Shown here: piece by piece, positions 18,410-26,915 of the stretch
How positions within the stretch are numbered: position 1 is the first letter of the stretch
How the letters are laid out: the number at the start of each line of letters is the position of its first letter
Assembly (NCBI RefSeq): GCF_000737315.1
Contig: NZ_JMCB01000005.1
Span: 248,001-312,000 of the forward strand
DNA length: 64,000 nt
Direction of reading: 5' to 3'
Origin: Hyalangium minutum
GTDB lineage: Bacteria; Myxococcota; Myxococcia; Myxococcales; Myxococcaceae
Translations under genes and position numbers: made by a program
Notes under the pieces: generated by a model
What the model was told of the DNA's origin: nothing
What the model saw: only the letters and a program-made list of their open reading frames with translations
Databases searched by the model: none

Positions 18410-18940
18410 CTACTGGATGTAGCCGACGGTCTCGCCGCGGTCGAGGAACTCACCCTTGGAGGTGTAGCTGGAGTACCAGGAGGTGTTGTTCGTGCCGTAG
18501 CGGTCGTACTGCATGTGGGTGTGGGGGCCGGTGACGTTGCCCGTGCCGCCCTCGTCGCCAATCTGGCAGCGGTCGCAGGTCTTGTCGACCGAGGTGGGCT
18601 CCTTGAGGAAGTGCCACTGGCGGATGACGTAGTCATTCGCGAAGGTGTGCTTCACCTCGTTCTGGTTGCCGCTGCCGTTGCCGTAGCACACGACGGCGGT
18701 GGTGCGGATGGTGACGTTCCAGGACATCGAACCCACCACGCCCGTCTCGACACCCCAGTAGCCGCAAGCGTTGCGGCTGGAGATGTCCACCGCGCCGTGG
18801 AACGTGCCGCTCGAGTAATAGGTGGTGGCCGTCACATCGCCCGGGAAGGGCGAGCCCACCCGGTACGACGCGATCGCGACCGCGGGGATGAACGCCAGGG
18901 AGGCCAGCACTGCCATCGTTGTCTTCATCGTCTTGCGCAT
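18410..18940 (-). CDS. Secreted minimal M23 family metallopeptidase
   Basis: Signal peptide; HGAVD (HxxxD) and IGDEGGTGNVTGPHTH (GxTG..TGPHxH) zinc motifs; 4 Cys. Confidence 0.8.
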   Translation of the reverse strand: MRKTMKTTMAVLASLAFIPAVAIASYRVGSPFPGDVTATTYYSSGTFHGAVDISSRNACGYWGVETGVVGSMSWNVTIRTTAVVCYGNGSGNQNEVKHTFANDYVIRQWHFLKEPTSVDKTCDRCQIGDEGGTGNVTGPHTHMQYDRYGTNNTSWYSSYTSKGEFLDRGETVGYIQ

Positions 18941-18986
18941 CGTTGTTCCTCTCGGGCCGGAAGTCCGGCCCCCGGGGGGAGGGGTA

Positions 18987-19994
18987 CTACCGAGCCTGCT
19001 GCAACCGCTGCTTCTCCCTCTGGATCAGGCTCCAATCCTGAAGGTTCATGTTGAGGACTCGAATCCAGGAGTCGATCTCCGGCGCGAGGCTCGGGTCGAC
19101 GCCGCGCAACCGCTGGAGCTCGGGCACCGCGCCGGCGAAGCCGAGCTGGGCGATGCTCTGGAGGATGGACTTGCGCACGGCCGTGTCCTGCTCGCCGCGG
19201 TACATGCCGAGCAGCGCCTGCCGGGCGTTGGTCATCTCCGCCACGGGCACGCCTCCGAGCGCGGTGGAGGCCGCCGCGCGAATCTCCGCGGAGTCGCTGC
19301 GCAGCAACTGCTCGAGCGTGCGGGCGGACCCGGCGCTGATCTCCCCCGTCATGAGCTGACCGAGGATCTGCGTCGTCACCTTCGGGTCCGAGGAGGCCAC
19401 CGCCGCCGCCGCGGCCACGGCGGTGTCCGCCGCCCGGGCGTCGCGCCCGCCGTAGACATGCCGGTTGTCCTCGACGAGGTTGGTCGCGGCCTCTTGGCGC
19501 ACCTCGGGCGAGGGATCTCTCACCAGCCGCTCGTACATGTCCCCCGTGCGCTCCAGGGCGCCGGTGCGCCGCAGCGCGCGGATCGTGGCGGCGCGAAGGC
19601 TCGGGTCCCTGTCCTCCAGGGCGCGCTTCGCGACGGCCTGCATCGCCTCGTCCTCCAGGCCCCGTTCGGTGCGCGCCACCAGGGCCGCCGCGAGGTGCTC
19701 GACCATGACGGGGTCGTACTCGCGCTCGAAGGCGGCCTGGAGCTCGGGGAGGGGCAGGTTGACGGCGGACTCGCGCAGGAGCGTGCGCAGGTAGAGCTTG
19801 TAGGCCTCGGACTTCGAGCCGAGCCCACGGCGGATGGAGCCCATCAATCCCTCGACCGAGCAGGTGCCGGCCTTGAGGGTGGGAGCCTCGGACGAGGAGG
19901 CCGGCGGCTCGGCCAGGGCCAGCGCCGGAGCGAGGAGGCCGACGGTGAGGGCCAGGGTGGGGAGCACATTCATGCGAGGGAAGAGGCGGGTCAT
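18987..19994 (-). CDS. Secreted HEAT-repeat protein
   Basis: Signal peptide ...LLAPALALA; repeats DRDPSLRAATIRAL, DPSPEVRQEAATNL, SDSAEIRAAASTALG, EQDTAVRKSILQSIA. Confidence 0.82.
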   Translation of the reverse strand: MTRLFPRMNVLPTLALTVGLLAPALALAEPPASSSEAPTLKAGTCSVEGLMGSIRRGLGSKSEAYKLYLRTLLRESAVNLPLPELQAAFEREYDPVMVEHLAAALVARTERGLEDEAMQAVAKRALEDRDPSLRAATIRALRRTGALERTGDMYERLVRDPSPEVRQEAATNLVEDNRHVYGGRDARAADTAVAAAAAVASSDPKVTTQILGQLMTGEISAGSARTLEQLLRSDSAEIRAAASTALGGVPVAEMTNARQALLGMYRGEQDTAVRKSILQSIAQLGFAGAVPELQRLRGVDPSLAPEIDSWIRVLNMNLQDWSLIQREKQRLQQAR

Positions 19995-20011
19995 GGGGAG
20001 AGCTCCGGACG

Positions 20012-21226
20012 CTATTCCTCGTGGCGGTCGAGGCAGCCGAAGGGATCGTCCGTCGGCAGGGAGAACCAGATCCGGCCGAAGTCGACGATGCCGCTGGCGT
20101 AGAGCCGCTCGAAGTCCCGGTAGTTGCCCTGGAAGCGCGGGTCGATGATCGCCATGTTCGCCATGGCCGGGAGCGCATCCTTGCCGGCGGTGCGGGCGGC
20201 GAAGCGGAAGAGGGCCCAGCGGACACAGATGTCCTTCTCGGTCTCGAAGTTCTGGGTGAAGAGCTCCAGCACCCGGGTCTTGTCCTCGGACAGGGACAGG
20301 TCGTGCGCGGCCACCTGGCGGACGTCCTCGCTGCCCTCGGTGGCCAGCAACTTCGCCAGCCGGTCCGTGTCCTGCTTGTTGAGCGGCACCTCGGCGTGCA
20401 TCTCCATCTCGAGCGCGAGGTAGCGGACCTGCTCATCCAGCGACTCGGTGCCGATGGTGAGGAGCTTGTCGAGGTAGGGCCTGGCGTTGCCGGTTCGCTT
20501 GAAGTCCTCCTGCATCACTCGGCCGATGGCGCGCGTGGTGACCCAGCCGGCTTCGGCCGAGGAGGCGTCCTTGGCGAAGTGGGCCAGCTTGTCGAGTGCC
20601 GCTGGCTCGAGCCGGGGCATGTGCTGCAACTCATCCAGGAACCCCGCGCGCCGCCCGAGGTCGAGCTTCTCGTCAAGACCCAGGTCCGTAAGCTGCGCGG
20701 TGAGCTTGGGCAGGGCCTGGGACTGGCGCAGGCCGCCCATGAGCAGCTTGAACTCCGCGGGCGAGGCCTCGCGCGCCCAGCCCAGCACTTCCGTTGCGCG
20801 GCCCGCGTCATCGCCGATGATCTCGGCCAGACGCCCCTTGAGGTACTCGAGGACGAGCGGATCCTTCGAGGCCAGCAGGGGGGCGGCCCACTCGCGGAAC
20901 GTCCCGAGGGTGACGTTGTCGTTGAAGCGCTCCAGGTCCTCCCAGCAGGTGGTGCCGTTGAAGCGGGGAGCCTTCTCCTGGGACTGGCCGACGCCGCCCT
21001 GGCGGGTGTGCCCGGCGCCGCCCGTCTGAGACGCGCCCCCGGACTGGGAGCCGGAGACTGCGGCCAGGTGCTGCTCGCTCTGGCTCTCGGCTGCGGAGGG
21101 GCCACTGAAGATCACCCCCACGCCGAGGAGCAAGGCCGCGGCTCCCAATGCGACGAGCACGCCCCCGAGTGATCGGAGGCGGTCGGACGAGACTGCGTTG
21201 GAAGGGTGCGAAGGGTCGGCTCTCAT
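20012..21226 (-). CDS. Membrane-anchored HEAT-repeat protein
   Basis: N-terminal TM GVLVALGAAALLLGVGVIF, Gly/Ser/Gln linker, repeats LDEQVRYLALE, GSEDVRQVAAHDL, EKDICVRWALFR. Confidence 0.78.
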   Translation of the reverse strand: MRADPSHPSNAVSSDRLRSLGGVLVALGAAALLLGVGVIFSGPSAAESQSEQHLAAVSGSQSGGASQTGGAGHTRQGGVGQSQEKAPRFNGTTCWEDLERFNDNVTLGTFREWAAPLLASKDPLVLEYLKGRLAEIIGDDAGRATEVLGWAREASPAEFKLLMGGLRQSQALPKLTAQLTDLGLDEKLDLGRRAGFLDELQHMPRLEPAALDKLAHFAKDASSAEAGWVTTRAIGRVMQEDFKRTGNARPYLDKLLTIGTESLDEQVRYLALEMEMHAEVPLNKQDTDRLAKLLATEGSEDVRQVAAHDLSLSEDKTRVLELFTQNFETEKDICVRWALFRFAARTAGKDALPAMANMAIIDPRFQGNYRDFERLYASGIVDFGRIWFSLPTDDPFGCLDRHEE

Positions 21227-21314
21227 CGCTCATTATGAGGGGCCGACTTCCCAGCCATCCCAAAAAAATCGTAAAAAGACGATTATTGTCCGGATGTTCC
21301 TAAAATCCCTGGAG

Positions 21315-21363
21315 TTTCATCGGGTTGCAGTGAGGGCCAAGGGAACTCGAATTTCCGATGAAA
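21315..21363. promoter_or_regulatory. 9-bp inverted repeat in the AT-rich divergent promoter between the HEAT operon and the kinase
   Basis: TTTCATCGG (21315-21323) ... CCGATGAAA (21355-21363), 31-bp spacer. Confidence 0.4.
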
Positions 21364-21409
21364 TGGCAATGCTTGGGAAAATGGGGCTCTTGCTAGCGTG
21401 AGCGCAAAC

Positions 21410-24400
21410 ATGGGCTGCCCCGATGAGAATGCGCTGAGCAACTTCTACGGGGGCCTGCTCCCGGAGGAGCAGAGGGTTGCCATCCTCGCTCACGTGGAGG
21501 GGTGTACCAGCTGTCAGCGGGCGTTGGCGGCGGCGGCGGAGACGGGGACAGCCTCGGATGTGGCGCACGAGGTCTCGGACGGAGGCGCCGCGCTGGCCCG
21601 TGGGGCCACCCTCTCTCGCTACGTGGTGCTCGAGCGGATCGGCCATGGAGCCATGGGCGTGGTGTACGCGGCCTATGATCCAGAGCTGGATCGCCAGGTG
21701 GCCCTCAAGCTGCTGCGCCCTCGGGGACGCCAGTTGGAAGAGCTGCGGCGGAGGCTGCTGCTCGAGGCCCAGTCGCTGGCCCGCCTCTCTCACCCGAACG
21801 TCGTCGCCGTGCATGACGTGGGCACGGCGGGCGATGTCGTCTTCCTGGCCCTGGAGCTGGTGGAGGGCACCTCGCTCGAGCGCTGGATGGCCGAGCCTCG
21901 CCCCTGGCGCGAGGTGCTGCGCGTGTTCCTCGATGCCGGACGGGGACTGACGGCCGCGCACGCGGCGGGCCTGGTGCACCGCGACTTCAAGCCCGCCAAT
22001 GTGCTCCTTGGCAAGGATGGACGGGCGCGGGTGACGGACTTCGGGCTGGCGCGGCCCTCCAACCGTGCGGGTTTGTCCGAGGGCGGCACCGCGCCACGCG
22101 AGGTCTCCGTCGGAGGGCTCGTCTCCTCGAGCTCGGGAGGCCGCCTGCTGGCGGGAACGCCGGCCTATATGTCTCCGGAGCAGCTCCTCGGACAGGGGAT
22201 AGATGCGCTCTCGGATCAGTTCAGCTTCTGTGTGGCTCTCTTCGAGGCCCTCTTCCGTGCGCGGCCCTTCGAGGGGCACGGTGTCGAGGCGCTGACCCGG
22301 AACGTGAGCGAGGGGAAGGTGCGGCCGATTCCTCGCGAGTCGAAGGTTCCGGCCTCGGTCCGCCGCGCGGTGCTGCGAGGGCTCCGTGCCAGGCCCGAGG
22401 AGCGGTTCCCCTCCATGGATACCCTGTTGGAGGCGCTCACCCCGCGCTCCATGAGGGTGCGCACGTGGCTGGCCGCCGCGGGGGTCGCGGTGGGCCTGCT
22501 GGGAGTGCCCGCGGGCTATGTGCTCTCTCACCGGCGCGAGGTGCGCTGCGCGCAGGAGGCGGACAAGCTCGCCGCGGCCTGGAGCCCCGAGCGTCGCGAG
22601 CGGGTGCATGCGGCCTTTCTCGCCACCGGCACGGCTTACGCCCCCGCGGCCTGGGAGAAGTTCTCCGCGGCGCTGGAAGCCCATGCCGCCCAGTGGCGCG
22701 AGCTGCGCACCGAGGCTTGCCTCGCGACGGAGGGCAGCAAGGCGGACACCGCGTGGCAGACGGCCGCGTGCCTGGACAGCCGGCTGTGGCAGCTCGCCGC
22801 CGTCACCGGACTGCTGGAGAAGGCGGACGCGCAGGCGGTGCAGAACTCGCAGCAGCTGCTGGCCTCGCTCGATGGGCTCGCAGGGTGCAAGGAGGCACCG
22901 GCGCTGTCCACCCGGCCGCAGCCGCCGGATGCGCTCCGCCCTCGTGTGGACGAGGCACGGCGCAGGCTGGCCGAGGCCCGGGCCCGCATGGACGCGGGCC
23001 GGCACACCGAGGGCATCGAGCTGACCAAGGCGCTGCTGAAGGACATCCAGGGGCTGGACTACCGCCCGCTGGAGGCGGAGGTGCTCCTGCTGAATGGCCA
23101 GGTCCACGCGCTCGCCGGTAAGCTCAAGGAGGCGGAGGAGAGCCTCTACAAGGCCCTCTGGGCCGCCGAGGCCGGGCGGGATGACGAGACGGTGGCCCGC
23201 GTGTGGAACATGCTCGTCTGGGTGGTGGGGGATCAGCAGGCGCGCGCCAGCGAGGTGGAGCGCATCGTCCAGCACGCCGAGGCCGCGGTGGAGCGCCTGG
23301 GCCGGGATCGCTTCCCCGCCATCGCCATTGATCTCCACCTGAGGATGGGAGGGATGCTGCTGGTGCAGGGCAAGCTGGAGGAGGCGGACGCGGAGTACTC
23401 CCAGGGCCTGGTGCTGTCGCGAAAGGCGGATGCAGGCCCGGAAAGCTCGCGCACGGCCTACTTCCTCTCGGGCCTGGGCCGCGTCCGCAGCCGGCAGAAC
23501 CGCCCCACGGAGGCGCTGGAGCTCTATCGACAGTCCCAGGCGGTGCGTGAGCGCCTCTGGGGACCCGAGCACCCTGCGCAGGCGCTCAGCCTCAACAACA
23601 TCGCCATCGAGCTGCTCGCGCTGGGGCGGCGGGAGGAGGCGATCGCCACGTGGCGCCGTGCCCTGGCGCTGCTGGAGGCCTCGCGCCCGCCGGACCATCC
23701 CAGCTTCGCCGCCCCGCTCATCAACCTCGCCTCGGTGCTTCGCAGCATGGGGCGCTTGGATGAGGCCAAGAAGAACCTGGAGCGTGCCCTGGCCATCTCC
23801 GAGAAGAGCAAGGGACCGGATCATCCCAACACGGCCAGCGCCATCAGTGAGCTGGGGATGGTGGCCTTCGACTCGCAGCGGCTGGACGAGGCCCGTGCCT
23901 ACCACCAGCAGGCGCTGGAGCGCGTTCAGCGGGCGCTGGGGCCGGACACGTCGCGTGCCGCTCCGCTGCTGACCTCTCTGGGCATCATTGATCTGCGCGA
24001 GGGCCGCTACGCCGAGGCCCGGAAAGAGCTGACGCGTGCCCTGCAGCTCTGGGAGAAGGAGGGGGGACCCGATGCCTCCTCGGTCACCCAGGCGCTGCGG
24101 CCGATGGCGCGTCTCGAGGTGGCCACGAGTGCACCGCGCAATGCGCTGGAGCACTGCCAGAGGGCCCTGGCCGTGGATGAGCGGGTGCAGGGCGCCAATG
24201 CCCCGGACGTCGCGCTGGATCTCGCCTGCCTCGCGGAGGGGCACCTGGCCCTGGGCGAGCCGGAGCAGGCCGTGCCGTTGCTGGAGCGGGCCCGGCAGCT
24301 CCACGCGAGTGCCCCGAGGGATCCACTCGATGAGGCCTGGGCTGCTTTTCTGCTGGCCCGGGCGCTCGGTGAGCAGCGGCGTGCGCCAGATCGCACGCGT

Positions 24401-24511
24401 GCGGCGGCGCTGGCCGAGGAGGCGCGCGAGCGCATGGAGAGCCTGGGGCTCCGCGCCCGCGTGGAGCTGAAGCACGTGCTGGCCTGGCAGCGGCGGGGAG
24501 AGGGCCCATGA
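21410..24511 (+). CDS. Ser/Thr kinase with N-terminal zf-HC2 (ZAS) motif, TM helix and C-terminal TPR array
   Basis: C...HVEGCTSC zinc motif; IGHGAMGVVY, VALKLL, LVHRDFKPAN, VTDFGLA, GTPAYMSPE; TM WLAAAGVAVGLLGVPAGYVL; TPR_12-like repeats (GPEHPAQALSLNNIA, GPDHPNTASAISELG). Confidence 0.93.
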   Translation: MGCPDENALSNFYGGLLPEEQRVAILAHVEGCTSCQRALAAAAETGTASDVAHEVSDGGAALARGATLSRYVVLERIGHGAMGVVYAAYDPELDRQVALKLLRPRGRQLEELRRRLLLEAQSLARLSHPNVVAVHDVGTAGDVVFLALELVEGTSLERWMAEPRPWREVLRVFLDAGRGLTAAHAAGLVHRDFKPANVLLGKDGRARVTDFGLARPSNRAGLSEGGTAPREVSVGGLVSSSSGGRLLAGTPAYMSPEQLLGQGIDALSDQFSFCVALFEALFRARPFEGHGVEALTRNVSEGKVRPIPRESKVPASVRRAVLRGLRARPEERFPSMDTLLEALTPRSMRVRTWLAAAGVAVGLLGVPAGYVLSHRREVRCAQEADKLAAAWSPERRERVHAAFLATGTAYAPAAWEKFSAALEAHAAQWRELRTEACLATEGSKADTAWQTAACLDSRLWQLAAVTGLLEKADAQAVQNSQQLLASLDGLAGCKEAPALSTRPQPPDALRPRVDEARRRLAEARARMDAGRHTEGIELTKALLKDIQGLDYRPLEAEVLLLNGQVHALAGKLKEAEESLYKALWAAEAGRDDETVARVWNMLVWVVGDQQARASEVERIVQHAEAAVERLGRDRFPAIAIDLHLRMGGMLLVQGKLEEADAEYSQGLVLSRKADAGPESSRTAYFLSGLGRVRSRQNRPTEALELYRQSQAVRERLWGPEHPAQALSLNNIAIELLALGRREEAIATWRRALALLEASRPPDHPSFAAPLINLASVLRSMGRLDEAKKNLERALAISEKSKGPDHPNTASAISELGMVAFDSQRLDEARAYHQQALERVQRALGPDTSRAAPLLTSLGIIDLREGRYAEARKELTRALQLWEKEGGPDASSVTQALRPMARLEVATSAPRNALEHCQRALAVDERVQGANAPDVALDLACLAEGHLALGEPEQAVPLLERARQLHASAPRDPLDEAWAAFLLARALGEQRRAPDRTRAAALAEEARERMESLGLRARVELKHVLAWQRRGEGP

Positions 24512-25398
24512 GCGAGTCAGGAGACCGGGGTGCCCTCTCGGCGCTCATGAGGACCCACGTGTCCCCGGAGCGGCGCGCCGCGCTGGACCTTGTGGAGGGA
24601 CTGGAGGCCCTGCTGCGAGGGCACCACGCGGCGGGACAGGCCCAGTGGCCGTCGGTGCCGCTGAGCCCGGAGCGCTTCGTGAAGCACCTGGCCCGGCACA
24701 TGCCCGAGGGTTCGGGGGAGGCACTGCGTTCGCTCCACGCCGCGGATCTCTACCTGGCTTGTGCTTGCTCTGACGGAGAGCCTCGTGGGCTCCAAGCCTT
24801 CGAGCAGCACATCCTCCGGCGAGTCCCCTCGCGGCTGGGACAGCTCGCGGACTTCACCGTGGATGATGTCCTGCAGGAGCTCCGCCAGCGGCTGCTGGTG
24901 GGCCGAGGCGACGCGCCGCCTCGCATCGCTGACTACTCGGGCCGGGGGCCGCTCCTGGCATGGGTGCGCATCATCGCCACGCGCATCGTGGGCGAGCTGG
25001 CGCACCAGCAAGGGCGCCAGGTGCTCTTCGACGAGCCGCCCGAGGTGCTCGCCCGGATGCTGGCCTCGAGTGATCCGGAGCGCGAGCTGCTCCGCGAGGA
25101 CACCCGACAGGCCCTCACCGAGGCGCTCCGCAACGCCCTGGTGGCGCTCTCCGATAAGGATCGCGCCCTGCTGCGCCTGCACCACCTCCACGGCCTCACC
25201 ATGGACCGGCTCTCGGCGATGTACGGCGAGTCCCGCTCGGGCGTGGCGCGCCGGGTGGCGCAGGCCCGCGAGCGGCTGATGGAGCTCACGCGCAAGGATC
25301 TGGCCTCGCGGCTGAACCTGGGCGGCACGGAAGTGGAGAGCCTGCTCGAGCTGGTGCAGAGCCGTCTGGACCTCAGCCTCCAAGGGTTGTTGGGGTAG
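24508..25398 (+). CDS. Myxobacterial ECF-type sigma-70 factor (Myxococcales family)
   Basis: LHAADLYLACAC, DDVLQELRQRLLV, IADYSGRGPLLAWVR (region 2) and LLRLHHLHGLTMDRLSAMYGESRSGVARRV (region 4 HTH); ATGA overlap with the kinase. Confidence 0.85.
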   Translation: MSESGDRGALSALMRTHVSPERRAALDLVEGLEALLRGHHAAGQAQWPSVPLSPERFVKHLARHMPEGSGEALRSLHAADLYLACACSDGEPRGLQAFEQHILRRVPSRLGQLADFTVDDVLQELRQRLLVGRGDAPPRIADYSGRGPLLAWVRIIATRIVGELAHQQGRQVLFDEPPEVLARMLASSDPERELLREDTRQALTEALRNALVALSDKDRALLRLHHLHGLTMDRLSAMYGESRSGVARRVAQARERLMELTRKDLASRLNLGGTEVESLLELVQSRLDLSLQGLLG

Positions 25399-25404
25399 GG
25401 GACC

Positions 25405-25458
25405 GGAACCGAAGTTCAGTGAGATCCGTCGATCAGGGCTCCAAGATCCGTTGATCAG
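25405..25458 (+). promoter_or_regulatory. ECF-type promoter (GGAAC-N17-CGTC) overlapping a 15-bp direct repeat upstream of ku
   Basis: GGAAC 25405-25409 and CGTC 25427-25430; AGATCCGTCGATCAG (25422-25436) and AGATCCGTTGATCAG (25444-25458), 22 bp apart. Confidence 0.55.
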
Positions 25459-25591
25459 AGTCGTCTGCCCGCCGATCGGCGGAGCCGTGGCGCGGTTTGC
25501 CGCGACGCCCCGCCGGATCGAACTTCCAGACATCGCCGTCGCAGCCGAGGCCGATTTTCTGGCCTCCGGCGCGATTCCAAGGAGGTGTCGA

Positions 25592-26500
25592 ATGGCGCGC
25601 CCGATGTGGAAGGGCTCGGTCAACTTTGGTCTCGTGAACGTTCCGATCCGGATGTACCGGGCGGTCTCTCCGCGGGACGTGCGCTTCCATCAGCTCCACG
25701 CCAAGGACAAGGCACGCATCCGCGAGCGGCGCATCTGCGAAGCCGAGGGCACCGAGGTCCCCTACGACGAGATCATCAAAGGCTACGAGATCAGCAAGGG
25801 CGTCTACGTCACCATCACGCCCGAGGAGCTCAAGGCGCTGGCGCCCAAGGGCACCTACGCCATCGATATCGAGGACTTCGTTCCCTCGAATGACATCCAC
25901 CCGCTCTTCTATGACGCCCACTATCACCTGGTGCCGGAGACGAACGCCGCGCGTGCGTACGCACTGCTGAGCCAGGCGCTGGAGAGCTCCGGGCGGATTG
26001 GCGTGGGGCGCGTGGTGCTGAGGACGAAGCAGTACACCTGCGCCGTGCGGCCCAACGGGCCGGGGTTGATGCTCTCGTTGATGAACAGCGTGGACGAGGT
26101 GCTTCCGCTGGAGCAGATCGACGGGATGCCCTCGCACATGCCCAAGGTGAACGCACGCGAGCTGGCCACGGCTGAGCAGCTCATCGAGTCGCTCAGTGCT
26201 CCGTTCGATCCCGAGAAGTACCGGGACGTCTACCGCGAGCAGCTCGAAGAGGTGCTGAAGCAGAAGGCGGGCGGCGTGGAGATCCGCCCGTCGCCTGCGG
26301 CCGAGCCGGAGTACAGCGCCCCGGCGAATCTGATGGAGGCCCTGAAGAAGAGCCTCGCGGCCGCGAAGCGCACGCGGGACCGGGAGGAGGAGGCCACCAA
26401 GCCCCAACGCGCCACCCGCGCCACGCGCACCTCGGGGACGCGCCGGGTCCGCTCACAGGCCGCGGCCCGCACGGCCCGGAGCCGCAAGAAGAAGTCCTGA
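25592..26500 (+). CDS. ku: Non-homologous end-joining protein Ku
   Basis: MARPMWKGSVNFGLVNVPIRMY, VPYDEIIKGYE, AIDIEDFV, FDPEKYRDVYREQL, NLMEALKKSL, basic tail; RBS AAGGAGGT before ATG 25592. Confidence 0.95.
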   Translation: MARPMWKGSVNFGLVNVPIRMYRAVSPRDVRFHQLHAKDKARIRERRICEAEGTEVPYDEIIKGYEISKGVYVTITPEELKALAPKGTYAIDIEDFVPSNDIHPLFYDAHYHLVPETNAARAYALLSQALESSGRIGVGRVVLRTKQYTCAVRPNGPGLMLSLMNSVDEVLPLEQIDGMPSHMPKVNARELATAEQLIESLSAPFDPEKYRDVYREQLEEVLKQKAGGVEIRPSPAAEPEYSAPANLMEALKKSLAAAKRTRDREEEATKPQRATRATRTSGTRRVRSQAAARTARSRKKKS

Positions 26501-26614
26501 GTCCGGCTGCTCGTGCCTGGCTCTGGAGCAAGCGGGATGACCCGGGGCTGCCGTCACAGGTGGGCCCGGGGCTCTCCTTCTCGATGACCCCCAAGTCGTC
26601 CAAGGAGACGCACG

Positions 26615-26797
26615 ATGAGCAACCCCAAGAACCAGAACCTCGCCCCCCGTGACACCCTGAGCATTACCAACGGCCAGTCGCTGATCGAGCTCGAGCCCGA
26701 GCAGCTGCGGGCCGTCGTCGGTGGCACGAGGAAGAACCCGAAGATCGACGTGACCGTGAAGCCGGACGGCACCATCATCATCAAGGTGAACCCCTAG
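26615..26797 (+). CDS. 60-aa peptide with double-glycine leader (bacteriocin/RiPP/pheromone precursor-like)
   Basis: RBS AAGGAG; strong GC3 codon bias; leader ends ELEPEQLRAVVGG; 23-aa core TRKNPKIDVTVKPDGTIIIKVNP. Confidence 0.75.
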   Translation: MSNPKNQNLAPRDTLSITNGQSLIELEPEQLRAVVGGTRKNPKIDVTVKPDGTIIIKVNP

Positions 26798-26799
26798 CG

Positions 26800-26816
26800 C
26801 ACCGCCGTCGGCGGTG
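26800..26816 (+). terminator. GC hairpin right after the peptide gene (no U-tract; terminator or stabiliser)
   Basis: CACCGCC-GTC-GGCGGTG. Confidence 0.4.
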
Positions 26817-26915
26817 GGTGTTCGTGCCGCGCCCACCGCCGGCAGTGGCTCGAAAGCCAGATCCCCATGGGGGCGACGGGGCTTGGACGTAGTAGAGTGC
26901 CCGCCACTCGTCTTC

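Noticed and set aside
21270-21300. ECF-like GGAAC...CGTC on the minus strand upstream of the HEAT operon
   Set aside because: The spacer is 14 nt, too short for the usual 16-17.
26726-26797. Graspetide (microviridin-like) reading of the peptide core because of TVKPDG
   Set aside because: It lacks the TxKYPSD motif and the PFFARFL leader, and no ATP-grasp ligase is in the window.
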